NCBI GenBank assembly: GCA_016699955.1
Contig: CP064993.1
Span: 300,001-332,000, forward strand
Direction of reading: 5' to 3'
Length of the DNA: 32,000 nt
Source: Candidatus Saccharimonadota bacterium
Lineage (GTDB): Bacteria; Patescibacteriota; Saccharimonadia; Saccharimonadales; UBA4665
The position numbers were made by a program, and so were the translations under genes. The stretch's first letter is position 1; every line of letters starts with the position of its first letter. The notes below the pieces were generated by a model. That model made no database searches, was not told the DNA's origin, and was given only the letters and a program-made list of their open reading frames with translations. Shown here piece by piece: positions 14,333 to 22,310 of this stretch.

Positions 14333-16062
14333 AAAATAACCACAGCCAATACTGCGAGTAGAACGACGAGTACAATAAACCAGCCTGCTGTTCCGGCCGG
14401 TGTCGTTGGGGGGTGTGTAATCGTTTTGATGAGTGATTTTGGCTGGCTTGCGGATGATTGCGCCGGTATGGACGTACTACGGCTAGCTGTTGACGACTGG
14501 GCAGCCGGGCTTTGACCGTTGTTAGGTGGCGAGCCTCCGCCCCCACCTGCGAGTACTGCTGCAACAAGCGCCACCTCACCGGCAGCACCGTCAATTACTT
14601 GTTTTGACTTCGGTCTAGTTTCATGGGCACGTTCTTTATAATACTCATGGCCGTACACAAGCGAAGTTTCTTGGACAGCTTTGCCGTGTTTGTCGACCTC
14701 AATATTGTGCCAAGCGCTGCGTTCAATGTGGTGGCCCTGAACGAGCTCCAGTTGTTCCCGCTGACGATCGATTTCAGTTTGTTCCGCCTTTGTTACTACT
14801 CTTTCAGCTTCTTTGTGCTCAGCGACCAGTTTCTTCTCTATTTCGGCCTTAATTTCGGTGCGTTGCTGCATAATCTCCCTGGCTGACTGTGCTTGCTCAG
14901 TTCGATTGGCTTCAGGACGAATCGCGGCTGATGGCCGCTCAACGGTGCGGTACTTTTCAGCGGCCGCTTCACGAACCTTTGCAGACTCGGCCTCGCGAAT
15001 CTGATCCCAGCGCTGGTTTTCAATATTTCTCGTTACCTGTTTGCGCTCAACTGCAAATTTACGCTCCATTTTTTTCTCGCGGCGCTTATGTCGAATATGC
15101 TCGATACCACCGCCAACAATCAACCCCGCTACCAGACCCTTGTTCCTGCCACGTTTATAGGCGTAATACTCAGCATCCTCTACGGCACTCGCAACGTTTG
15201 CAGCAGACACAGCCGTATTGGCCGCAGCCGGTGCCGTGTACACTGAGCCGGGCGCGAGCGGTGCAGTGTAAGTCGTTCCTGCTGCGTAGCGTCGATGCGG
15301 GAATAATGGACGTGCAGATGATCCTGCAGAAGATCCTACAGGCGGGGGCGGAGTTGGTGGGCGAGTTCCGCCAGCCCCAGCTGCAGCGTGGGCGGCGGGC
15401 GTTACTGGCGCTGCTCCCGAGCCTGTTGTTGAAGACGTAGCCGCCGCACGACTGCTTGCCGCGGTACGCGTAGTATAGGCGGGGGTACTGTCGTCTTCGT
15501 TATCACTGTCTTCAGCCGTTTCAACAATAGTACCGGCCTGCACCTCAGCAGCTGGTATTTCCTGTGCCTCTTCCGTGTATTCAGGCAGATCCAGTTCGGT
15601 CGTTGCAACAACAGGCACTTCCTGCTGCGGCTTCGCCGTGTCTTCTGCAGCTTGCTCTACCGTAGCAAGGCTGACCGCGCGCTCAATAATTGCACTGTCC
15701 CGTTCAGGTGGAATTCCACGTAAATCAATTTCACCCTCGTTTTGTAGCGAGCCGGCAACACGTTCTTCGGCATCAGAAAGCGGCGCTTCTTCAGCAGGCA
15801 TTTCACTTTGTTCAACTACTTTCTCTCTGTCCGCTTCACCTGGTTTCGTTTCTGAGGCAAGTTTTTCGCCGCTAAAAAGCTTGTCAAGCAGTGAGACTTC
15901 TTTTGCGACCTTCTCTTTTTTTTCTGCTTTTTCGGCAGCTTTTTCGGCGCCAGCTATGATACTACCGATTTCCCGGCTTTTTTTACTCTTTTTTTCGGTC
16001 TTACTATCAGAAGAATCCTTTTCTGAGCTGTCTTCCGGTGTAGAGATCGGTGCGCCTTCCAT
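14329..16062 (-). CDS. Hypothetical low-complexity, highly charged protein with C-terminal membrane anchor (577 aa)
   Basis: This is a long ORF with E/K/A-rich and P/A/S/T-rich tracts and no signal peptide. It has a short hydrophobic segment (GLVAGLIVGGGI) followed by HKRREKK, a long charged helical region, and an extreme C-terminal TM helix (WFIVLVVLLAVLAVVIF). I recognise no family. Confidence 0.6.
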   Translation of the reverse strand: MEGAPISTPEDSSEKDSSDSKTEKKSKKSREIGSIIAGAEKAAEKAEKKEKVAKEVSLLDKLFSGEKLASETKPGEADREKVVEQSEMPAEEAPLSDAEERVAGSLQNEGEIDLRGIPPERDSAIIERAVSLATVEQAAEDTAKPQQEVPVVATTELDLPEYTEEAQEIPAAEVQAGTIVETAEDSDNEDDSTPAYTTRTAASSRAAATSSTTGSGAAPVTPAAHAAAGAGGTRPPTPPPPVGSSAGSSARPLFPHRRYAAGTTYTAPLAPGSVYTAPAAANTAVSAANVASAVEDAEYYAYKRGRNKGLVAGLIVGGGIEHIRHKRREKKMERKFAVERKQVTRNIENQRWDQIREAESAKVREAAAEKYRTVERPSAAIRPEANRTEQAQSAREIMQQRTEIKAEIEKKLVAEHKEAERVVTKAEQTEIDRQREQLELVQGHHIERSAWHNIEVDKHGKAVQETSLVYGHEYYKERAHETRPKSKQVIDGAAGEVALVAAVLAGGGGGSPPNNGQSPAAQSSTASRSTSIPAQSSASQPKSLIKTITHPPTTPAGTAGWFIVLVVLLAVLAVVIF

Positions 16063-16087
16063 GTATTATTACCCTACCAGATTTACA

Positions 16088-16546
16088 CTATTTTTCAACA
16101 TGTTGCTCTCCATACTGCTCGCCGCTTTGTATAGCTCCAAGCATTTTTTTGACGCTGGGAATAACGTTTTCAGGCAACTCATCCAATCCGAACCAGCTAA
16201 TGTGTTCGTGAACATCAGGCTCGGCGTTGTAAGGCTCACCTGCCCACTGCTCCGCCAAAAACACCATATTACACCATTCCATTTTGGGCTCATCAGTGAC
16301 TTGAAGCCAAAAAGCGAGTTTGAATTTGGTGTTTTCTGGCTTAACTACTACGCCCACTTCCTCTTTGGCTTCTCTGACGGCAGCAGCCAAAAAACCCTCT
16401 TTCTTTTCAACTTTACCCGAAGGTAAGCCGTAGTATCCATCCATCCATCCTGTATTCTTCCGACGCACGAATAAGTACTTTCCGTCACGCTCAATGAGCA
16501 TAAAAGCTGCACAGTACGGCCGCGCGGTTGTAGCGAACCTATCCAC
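16088..16546 (-). CDS. Nudix hydrolase
   Basis: A complete Nudix box GKVEKKEGFLAAAVREAKEEVGV (GX5EX7REUXEEXGU) is present. The gene overlaps tsaC by 8 nt. Confidence 0.85.
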   Translation of the reverse strand: MDRFATTARPYCAAFMLIERDGKYLFVRRKNTGWMDGYYGLPSGKVEKKEGFLAAAVREAKEEVGVVVKPENTKFKLAFWLQVTDEPKMEWCNMVFLAEQWAGEPYNAEPDVHEHISWFGLDELPENVIPSVKKMLGAIQSGEQYGEQHVEK

Positions 16547-17135
16547 GATGTATCTTTCCGGTTTCGTCTATCTTGACAACACCTTCCCGCAGAACCTCAA
16601 TGGCGTCGTCAACCACGCGAATAATCGTCGAGGGCTGGCGGTCGCCCATATTACCACCGTCAACATAAAAATCAACCGTTTCACCGAAGTATTCCTCTGC
16701 TTGCTGCATGGTTCGTGCGGTCGATTCACCGGCGTGATTGGCGCTAGTCGTCATGAGCGGTCCCGATACCTCGAGAAAGGCACGCAGGTCAACACTGTCT
16801 GGGATACGAACTGCGAGTGAATGCTTACCTTGGTGAAGATATGTCAGTTCATCACCACAAGGAATGACAATGCTTATGGGGTTTGGCCAGAAATACTCCA
16901 CAGCCTTGAGGTAACGAGCCTTCATGCCAAGGTCTATCAGTTGTTGAATGTTCGCTGCCAGCACCGTACCAGGGTTCGCATCCCGTTTTTTGACCGTAAA
17001 GAGGCGCCGTACTGCCCCTGGATCTTGGGCGCGGCATACCAAGCCATAGACAGTATCGGTCGGCAACACACCGACAGCGCCCGTTTTGAGCAAAGCGTCA
17101 ATCCCTGGGTTGTGCAAACCGTGAAATACCTGCAC
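16539..17135 (-). CDS. tsaC: L-threonylcarbamoyladenylate synthase (TsaC/YrdC/Sua5 family)
   Basis: LPTDTVYGLVC, the MTTSANHAGE and DGG motifs and a length of 198 aa fit a single YrdC domain. The start is GTG, 2 nt after the upstream stop. Confidence 0.85.
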   Translation of the reverse strand: MQVFHGLHNPGIDALLKTGAVGVLPTDTVYGLVCRAQDPGAVRRLFTVKKRDANPGTVLAANIQQLIDLGMKARYLKAVEYFWPNPISIVIPCGDELTYLHQGKHSLAVRIPDSVDLRAFLEVSGPLMTTSANHAGESTARTMQQAEEYFGETVDFYVDGGNMGDRQPSTIIRVVDDAIEVLREGVVKIDETGKIHRG

Positions 17136-17137
17136 GC

Positions 17138-17554
17138 CTACTGCCCTTTGCTGTACACCATGTACGTCACGACAGCGAGCGCGGTAAAAATAATGACAGC
17201 TCCAACCATAGCTGCTATGGGCAACGTACTTGGTTGCTTTAGCTTAGCCGGCGCAGGCTTATCTGCTTGTTTGACAGGTTGTGGTACTTCAACCTTTTTG
17301 TCTTGGGGTACTGTCTGTACACTGGCCTGAGGCGTAGTACCTGGCTCGATTTGTACAGCTGCAGCACCTACATTGGCGCTTGCCTGCTCGACTGTAGCCT
17401 CTTGACCGGTCGAGGTCGTCGAGTATTCATTTTTCTGGGGCACCCCGACATCCAATACTTGACCTGATGTCGGAGCAGATTGAGCTACAGGAGCCTCCCG
17501 AGGAGCATTGTCTTGAGCGACTGATACTGGTTGCTTTTTGATGTCTGTATCCAT
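17138..17554 (-). CDS. Hypothetical tail-anchored small protein (138 aa)
   Basis: I take ATG 17554 (MDTDIKK...) because TGGTACAAT lies 6 nt upstream. The protein has a polar Q/P/V/A-rich N-terminus and a C-terminal TM helix (LPIAAMVGAVIIFTALAVVTYMVY). Confidence 0.5.
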   Translation of the reverse strand: MDTDIKKQPVSVAQDNAPREAPVAQSAPTSGQVLDVGVPQKNEYSTTSTGQEATVEQASANVGAAAVQIEPGTTPQASVQTVPQDKKVEVPQPVKQADKPAPAKLKQPSTLPIAAMVGAVIIFTALAVVTYMVYSKGQ

Positions 17555-17560
17555 GCCCTT

Positions 17561-17569
17561 ATTGTACCA
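17561..17569 (-). promoter_or_regulatory. Extended -10 TGGTACAAT, 6 nt upstream of ATG 17554
   Basis: The reverse complement of 17561-17569 is TGGTACAAT. The spacer is AAGGGC. Confidence 0.5.
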
Positions 17570-17653
17570 GTTTATTTGTTTGTGATCCCTGTTTTTTGTA
17601 CAGGTCAAACCAACCATATGGCTCTGGCTGACACCGTGGCAACACATCTACCC

Positions 17654-19636
17654 CTAGCGAACGCTCGTTAAACTAACATCGGCAATTTTGCGCGGAGCAC
17701 CCCCAGCCACATTTACGGCATATTCGGCTACTTCCGAAGCTCCAGCTATGCGGTACACAATAACCGAGTCATTCAACCAATACGATGGCACCTGCATGTT
17801 CTTCTGGGTGATAAGTGATTTATCCTTCCCATCCGAAAGACTTCGTAACAATAGCACTCCCGCATTGTCCCGCACATCCACCCAAGCACTTACTGTTAGC
17901 TTTGGACTATCGACAAAATACCGTGAGCTATAGCTAGATGGTGGCGTGGACTCCACGGGCGCGGAAGCACCGAGTGTGTACTCGTACCAGTTCGATGGGG
18001 TCTGAAATTTCAGTTTTGTGTAATCGCTCCGCAGTAAAGCCCAAGCGTCTCCACTAAACAATACTTTTTTACCAGTACCGTCTGTGTTTACTTTTGAGAA
18101 CGTTTCTTTGGTGTTCGGGTCTGTCGCCGAAACCGTGTAGTACACCGTATTACCTATGAGCTCAATCCCGGCAAAATAGTTTGCATTGGCGAGCTGGAAG
18201 CGTTTGTTAGCCGCAAAGTCGTAGGCAATAATTTTCTGGCGGCTAGCGTTGGCGGCGCTGGCACCGGCAACCGTTTGACTGTAAACCAAGGTATCGCCGC
18301 GCCAACCAAGTAAAGTTACCTGTTCGGAATACTCGATATTAACCTGGTCGCCCGACTCGGTGTCGAGAACAAAAAGACCCGACAGAAGGTAACCGTCTTT
18401 ATTACGTTTATCGTCCCTGGAAGACACAACGGCAACTTTGTCACCGCTGGGCTTAGGTAGGACAGCCATAGCCTGCGTTTCTAGACCTGTGCCTGCTAGC
18501 AAAAGTTCACGATTTTTTCCGTCAACGTGCATTTTGTAAACATCGAATTTACCAGTCTCTTTAGTGATGAAGATAGCGCGAGCTGACGGAACAAGGCTGC
18601 GTTTTACAACTCCGTCCTGAGCATCGGCAATGTCAATCTCTTCTGGCCGAAGACTGTCTTTTGAGATTTTTATATTAGCCGTACTACCAGGCGCAATCGT
18701 CATTACAGCTTTGCCGTCTTTGTTTGACTTGGCTGTTGCCTCACCGCTTGTTACTGAAACGTCGCTTACCGGCTTTCCCGACAGATAGTCAGTAAACACA
18801 AAACTAATTTTTTGACCAGTTGGTTTGAGCGTAAATTCACTGAGTTCAACAATAAGCATGCCAAAATCTACCTGTTTTTTAACTCCTGCCAAAGCCATTT
18901 TTCTTCTATCCACTTCGTGGGAACCTAAATGTATGCCGGCAAGTCGCACCTCGCCCTTATCATTTGTTTTGCCAGATACGCCGTCAACTTTAACTACCGC
19001 ATTTTGCAAGGGCAGACTGGTCGCACCATCGAGTACGCTTACGAGTACACTAGAGCGCACCCCAGCAGTGTTTAACATCATATTTCGCACTGGCTTCGCA
19101 AAAATTACCACTAGCGCTAGCAGAACACCAACCATAATCGTGCCGTATCGACTCCACGGGCTGTCCCACCAGTGAAACCAAGCATTTTTCATCCGCTCAA
19201 ACACAGATGGTTTCATGACGGTCGCCGGTGCAGCCAGCACACCCAATGCGGCATCTGCATCTTTATGCAGAATATCGTCGACTGCCGCTGCGGTGGCTTT
19301 TTCATCCTGCTCAGAAGAAGCTTTGAAGTCTTCTGGCAGCTGTTCCATATCGAGGTCTTTCTCGTATGAGCCGTCTTCGCCCTCCGTCGTAGGTAACACA
19401 TCAACATCGCTCGCTTCTTCTTGTGGCGCTGCGCCATCGAAATCTGCAGCCTGCTGCTTTTCACTCAATTCGGGGGAGACAGCCTGCTCAGAACTTGGTT
19501 TCTGTGATAGTTCAGGGGCCGACTTCACTACGGGCATACTGCCGTCAAAGCCCTGGGCTGGTCCCATAATCTGGACGACATGTTCTTCGGCTTTTGCATC
19601 ATCGGAACCTGTTTCGCTGATCGGTATTTTTGCCAT
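17654..19636 (-). CDS. Membrane-anchored protein with CarboxypepD_reg-like domain(s) and a TolB/PD40-like beta-propeller region (660 aa)
   Basis: The protein has an acidic, disordered N-terminus of about 170 aa and a TM helix (YGTIMVGVLLALVVIFA). VLDGATSLPLQNAVVKVDGVSGKTNDKGEVRLAGIHLGSHEV fits the carboxypeptidase-regulatory-like pattern. The C-terminal half carries repeated strand-rich segments of the propeller type (IFITKETGKFDVYKMHVDGKNRELL, and others). Domain calls are by eye only. Confidence 0.65.
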   Translation of the reverse strand: MAKIPISETGSDDAKAEEHVVQIMGPAQGFDGSMPVVKSAPELSQKPSSEQAVSPELSEKQQAADFDGAAPQEEASDVDVLPTTEGEDGSYEKDLDMEQLPEDFKASSEQDEKATAAAVDDILHKDADAALGVLAAPATVMKPSVFERMKNAWFHWWDSPWSRYGTIMVGVLLALVVIFAKPVRNMMLNTAGVRSSVLVSVLDGATSLPLQNAVVKVDGVSGKTNDKGEVRLAGIHLGSHEVDRRKMALAGVKKQVDFGMLIVELSEFTLKPTGQKISFVFTDYLSGKPVSDVSVTSGEATAKSNKDGKAVMTIAPGSTANIKISKDSLRPEEIDIADAQDGVVKRSLVPSARAIFITKETGKFDVYKMHVDGKNRELLLAGTGLETQAMAVLPKPSGDKVAVVSSRDDKRNKDGYLLSGLFVLDTESGDQVNIEYSEQVTLLGWRGDTLVYSQTVAGASAANASRQKIIAYDFAANKRFQLANANYFAGIELIGNTVYYTVSATDPNTKETFSKVNTDGTGKKVLFSGDAWALLRSDYTKLKFQTPSNWYEYTLGASAPVESTPPSSYSSRYFVDSPKLTVSAWVDVRDNAGVLLLRSLSDGKDKSLITQKNMQVPSYWLNDSVIVYRIAGASEVAEYAVNVAGGAPRKIADVSLTSVR

Positions 19637-19657
19637 TATGCTTATCCTTTAAGCACT

Positions 19658-19666
19658 ATTGTAGCA
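19658..19666 (-). promoter_or_regulatory. Extended -10 TGCTACAAT upstream of the 660-aa gene
   Basis: On the minus strand, CTGCTACAAT is followed about 22 nt later by AAAGGA (SD) and ATG 19636. Confidence 0.5.
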
Positions 19667-19693
19667 GAGCGGGCAAGAATACTAGCAATCTAC

Positions 19694-20287
19694 CTACGTC
19701 TCAAGAAAACCATTCGGATCCTCTGAAAATTGTTGACTCAAAAAATCGTAGCGAGCAGCAAAAACAGAGCGGGCTTCAGGTAGAGTTATTTTGCGCGTCC
19801 AATCTTTTTCCAGTTTGGCGCGGTTTGCAGCCATAAGCTCCTGCGTTGTAAGCCCCGGGTGCTCGCGCCAGTACAAGCTAAGGAACGGTCCGACCATATG
19901 CGAACAACCGTCGGCAGTTGCCACAATTTGCACTTCCAACGATGCCTCGCGCAAATCCAGCTCCATTTTTTTATCCATTGTTTCTATGCCCGTCACGGCA
20001 CGCTCTACAAAATCCGCGGTGAAACCCATCTCTGTTAATTTTACCCTCCCAGACGAAAGTGTTTCATTATACTGGTCGTCAAAGTTTAGAATTTTTCCGT
20101 AATCATGCAGCCACACCATCACCTCCACGAGCTCACGGTCAGCCGCCGGATACTTGTCACACAGCTCAAACGCAATACGCTCCACAACCTCTAGGTGCCA
20201 GCGCACGAACCACTCGTGATGCACAAATGTTGCTTGCCCCGAAAGCTCCCGCACATGCCCTTTCCACAACTCAATCTTGTCCCGCAA
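19694..20287 (-). CDS. HD-domain phosphohydrolase
   Basis: VWLHDYGK carries the HD motif. The start is TTG, with a strong SD (AAGGGAGGG) 7 nt upstream. Confidence 0.75.
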   Translation of the reverse strand: MRDKIELWKGHVRELSGQATFVHHEWFVRWHLEVVERIAFELCDKYPAADRELVEVMVWLHDYGKILNFDDQYNETLSSGRVKLTEMGFTADFVERAVTGIETMDKKMELDLREASLEVQIVATADGCSHMVGPFLSLYWREHPGLTTQELMAANRAKLEKDWTRKITLPEARSVFAARYDFLSQQFSEDPNGFLET

Positions 20288-20368
20288 TTGTTCGCCCTCC
20301 CTTTTCTATTGTGGTGCTTGAAATAATGCGATGAAAACCGGCAACCTTGAGTTTGTTTTCATGCGTTC

Positions 20369-20377
20369 ATTGTAGCA
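20369..20377 (-). promoter_or_regulatory. Extended -10 TGCTACAAT upstream of the HD gene (about 75-nt leader)
   Basis: The same CTGCTACAAT decamer occurs at 19658 and 21046. The leader contains a TGAAAAC/GTTTTCA hairpin. Confidence 0.5.
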
Positions 20378-20438
20378 GAGCTAGCTAACCCGGCTCTAAA
20401 GATACGCCGCTGACCGCGGGTAGGGTAGGCGAGTGTGC

Positions 20439-21038
20439 TTACGACGAGCTTAAGTTAGATACTAGCGCCCGGCGGCGGTGGTATATGATGGCAATCATTA
20501 TGAAGTTGCCAATGAAAATATAAAGTGGGTAAACAAGTTTGGTTAAGTTCGGGTTGCTTACAGAGAGAGCACCGAGTAACCCAGCGGCAGTTGCCATGAC
20601 CCAGGTCGAGAGAGTTTCGGTTTGAGGTGCCTCCCACGTCTTGACTATCGTCAAGCTGCAACCGACCATATCAACAAAAACGATGATAAGCAGCGCTATA
20701 AGTGGACTGTGTAAAACCTGCGATAGTACCATGCCCAGGGCAGCGACTATCAAAGTCGCCGTATCCTGTTTTTTAAAATGGCCATAGCCGTACTTTAGCG
20801 AAAAAAATGCTATGGCACCACACCCTGTTACACTACCGACAGTCATCAGCAAAGACCAGCGACTGCCTGCCTGAAACTGGGCGATTACCGACATCACACC
20901 AAGTCCTAGCCATACCCACCAAGTCGCCCGTTCTGGCTTAGTAGTACGCCGCAAGATGTCGCGTATATATGGCACGACACAGAGTATCATCAGTAGCCCA
21001 GAAGCAATACCTAACCCCGCTCGCAGTGTTTCGTTCAT
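20439..21038 (-). CDS. Polytopic integral membrane protein (about 6 TM helices, apparently two 3-TM repeats)
   Basis: I set the start to the second ATG (MNETLRAG...) because TGCTACAAT overlaps the first ATG (21047) and lies 7 nt before the second. The repeat units each end in a similar loop (VPYIRDILRRTTKPE and VKTWEAPQTETLS), loosely reminiscent of PQ-loop/SemiSWEET proteins. That resemblance is speculative. Confidence 0.6.
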   Translation of the reverse strand: MNETLRAGLGIASGLLMILCVVPYIRDILRRTTKPERATWWVWLGLGVMSVIAQFQAGSRWSLLMTVGSVTGCGAIAFFSLKYGYGHFKKQDTATLIVAALGMVLSQVLHSPLIALLIIVFVDMVGCSLTIVKTWEAPQTETLSTWVMATAAGLLGALSVSNPNLTKLVYPLYIFIGNFIMIAIIYHRRRALVSNLSSS

Positions 21039-21045
21039 ACCGCTC

Positions 21046-21054
21046 ATTGTAGCA
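21046..21054 (-). promoter_or_regulatory. Extended -10 TGCTACAAT, 7 nt upstream of ATG 21038
   Basis: The reverse complement of 21046-21054 is TGCTACAAT. It sits back to back with the pyrC -10 box, 8 nt away. Confidence 0.5.
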
Positions 21055-21061
21055 GCTAGAG

Positions 21062-21067
21062 TATACT
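21062..21067 (+). promoter_or_regulatory. -10 box TATACT, 7 nt upstream of pyrC ATG 21075
   Basis: The sequence is TATACT, then TAGTGAC, then ATG. No SD is present. Confidence 0.45.
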
Positions 21068-21074
21068 TAGTGAC

Positions 21075-22127
21075 ATGAGTGAGATCTTACGATTGCCGGG
21101 GCTTGTAGACGTGCATGTGCATTTGCGAGAGCCAGGGCAAACAGACAAGGAAGATTTTGCGACTGGCACGCGGGCGGCGCTAGCGGGCGGTTTTACTACC
21201 GTTTGTGATATGCCTAACAATGCCGAGCCAATTACTACGCCCGAGCGACTTGAAGCCAAAATTGCATTGGCAGGGCAAAAAGTAGTGTGCGACATAGGCT
21301 TTCACTATGGCTCTCTGGGAGATAATCTCGACACTTTCGCGGCTGGCGCGAAACATTCTATTGGCCTAAAAGTGTACCTAAATAACACCACCGGCGGTTA
21401 CACGCTCGACCCTGCCAGACTCAAAGAAATTTACGCGGCCTGGCCGCGCCAACAAGTTGTTTTACTGCATACCGAAGAAGACACTATAGATATCGCCATT
21501 GCCTCCCTAGAGGGACTCGACCGCCCAGTGCATATTTGCCACATGCCCAGCCGCGCGGTACTTGAGAAAATCATTGCCGCAAAAAAACGCGGTCTACCGG
21601 TTACCTGCGGCGTTACACCGCACCACCTGTTTCTGACTGAAAGTGATGTCGCGCGCTTGGGTGTGTACGGCATGATGAAGCCCCCGCTTAAAACCCAGGC
21701 TGACCAAGACTTTTTGTGGCAGCACCTGGGCGACATTGACATTTTTGAGTCAGACCACGCCCCGCACACACGTTCCGACAAGCAAGCTGGTGCATTTGGC
21801 GTACCAAACCTCGAAACAACTCTGCCTTTGCTGCTCAAAGCGCGCGCTGAGGGCAAAATCACGCTGGAGCAGATAGTAGAAAAATGCTTTACGAAACCAA
21901 GTGCACTTTTTGGCTTACCAACAGATGAGTCAACTTATGTCGAAGTGAAAATGGAGTCGTACGTTATCCAAAATGCCGACCTCCAAACCAAGTGTGGCTG
22001 GTCGCCATTTGACGGAGTAGAAGTCCCTGGCAGCGTCACCCGTGTAATTCTTCATGGCCAGCCCGTCTACGAAAACGGCACTTTTTTCCCTGCATCCACT
22101 GGCACCATCCTTACCCCATTTTCTTAA
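21075..22127 (+). CDS. pyrC: Dihydroorotase, short form lacking the N-terminal adjacent-domain strands
   Basis: It has LPGLVDVHVHLREPG (HxH metal site), GLKVYL (position of the carboxylated Lys), a histidine in HICHM, and SDHAPH. At 350 aa it begins essentially at the HxH strand. Confidence 0.85.
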   Translation: MSEILRLPGLVDVHVHLREPGQTDKEDFATGTRAALAGGFTTVCDMPNNAEPITTPERLEAKIALAGQKVVCDIGFHYGSLGDNLDTFAAGAKHSIGLKVYLNNTTGGYTLDPARLKEIYAAWPRQQVVLLHTEEDTIDIAIASLEGLDRPVHICHMPSRAVLEKIIAAKKRGLPVTCGVTPHHLFLTESDVARLGVYGMMKPPLKTQADQDFLWQHLGDIDIFESDHAPHTRSDKQAGAFGVPNLETTLPLLLKARAEGKITLEQIVEKCFTKPSALFGLPTDESTYVEVKMESYVIQNADLQTKCGWSPFDGVEVPGSVTRVILHGQPVYENGTFFPASTGTILTPFS

Positions 22128-22310
22128 ATCCGGTACGCTGCCCGCGTAGCGGGGTTCGTTTCTTAAGAGAGGCTCGTCTCACTTCGGCTGTTCATATCAC
22201 TTCGCTCATGAACAGCCCGCACTATCCCGCCCCGCCTCTCTTGAGAACCGGCGGGACGACCGTGCTTCGCACGGGTGCCTGGGGCAACAGTGAACCCATT
22301 ATCTCAGTGG

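Noticed and set aside
15575-16426. 283-aa plus-strand ORF
   Set aside because: It is a Ser/Phe/Ala-rich shadow frame antisense to the low-complexity 577-aa gene and the Nudix gene, which makes it a compositional artefact.
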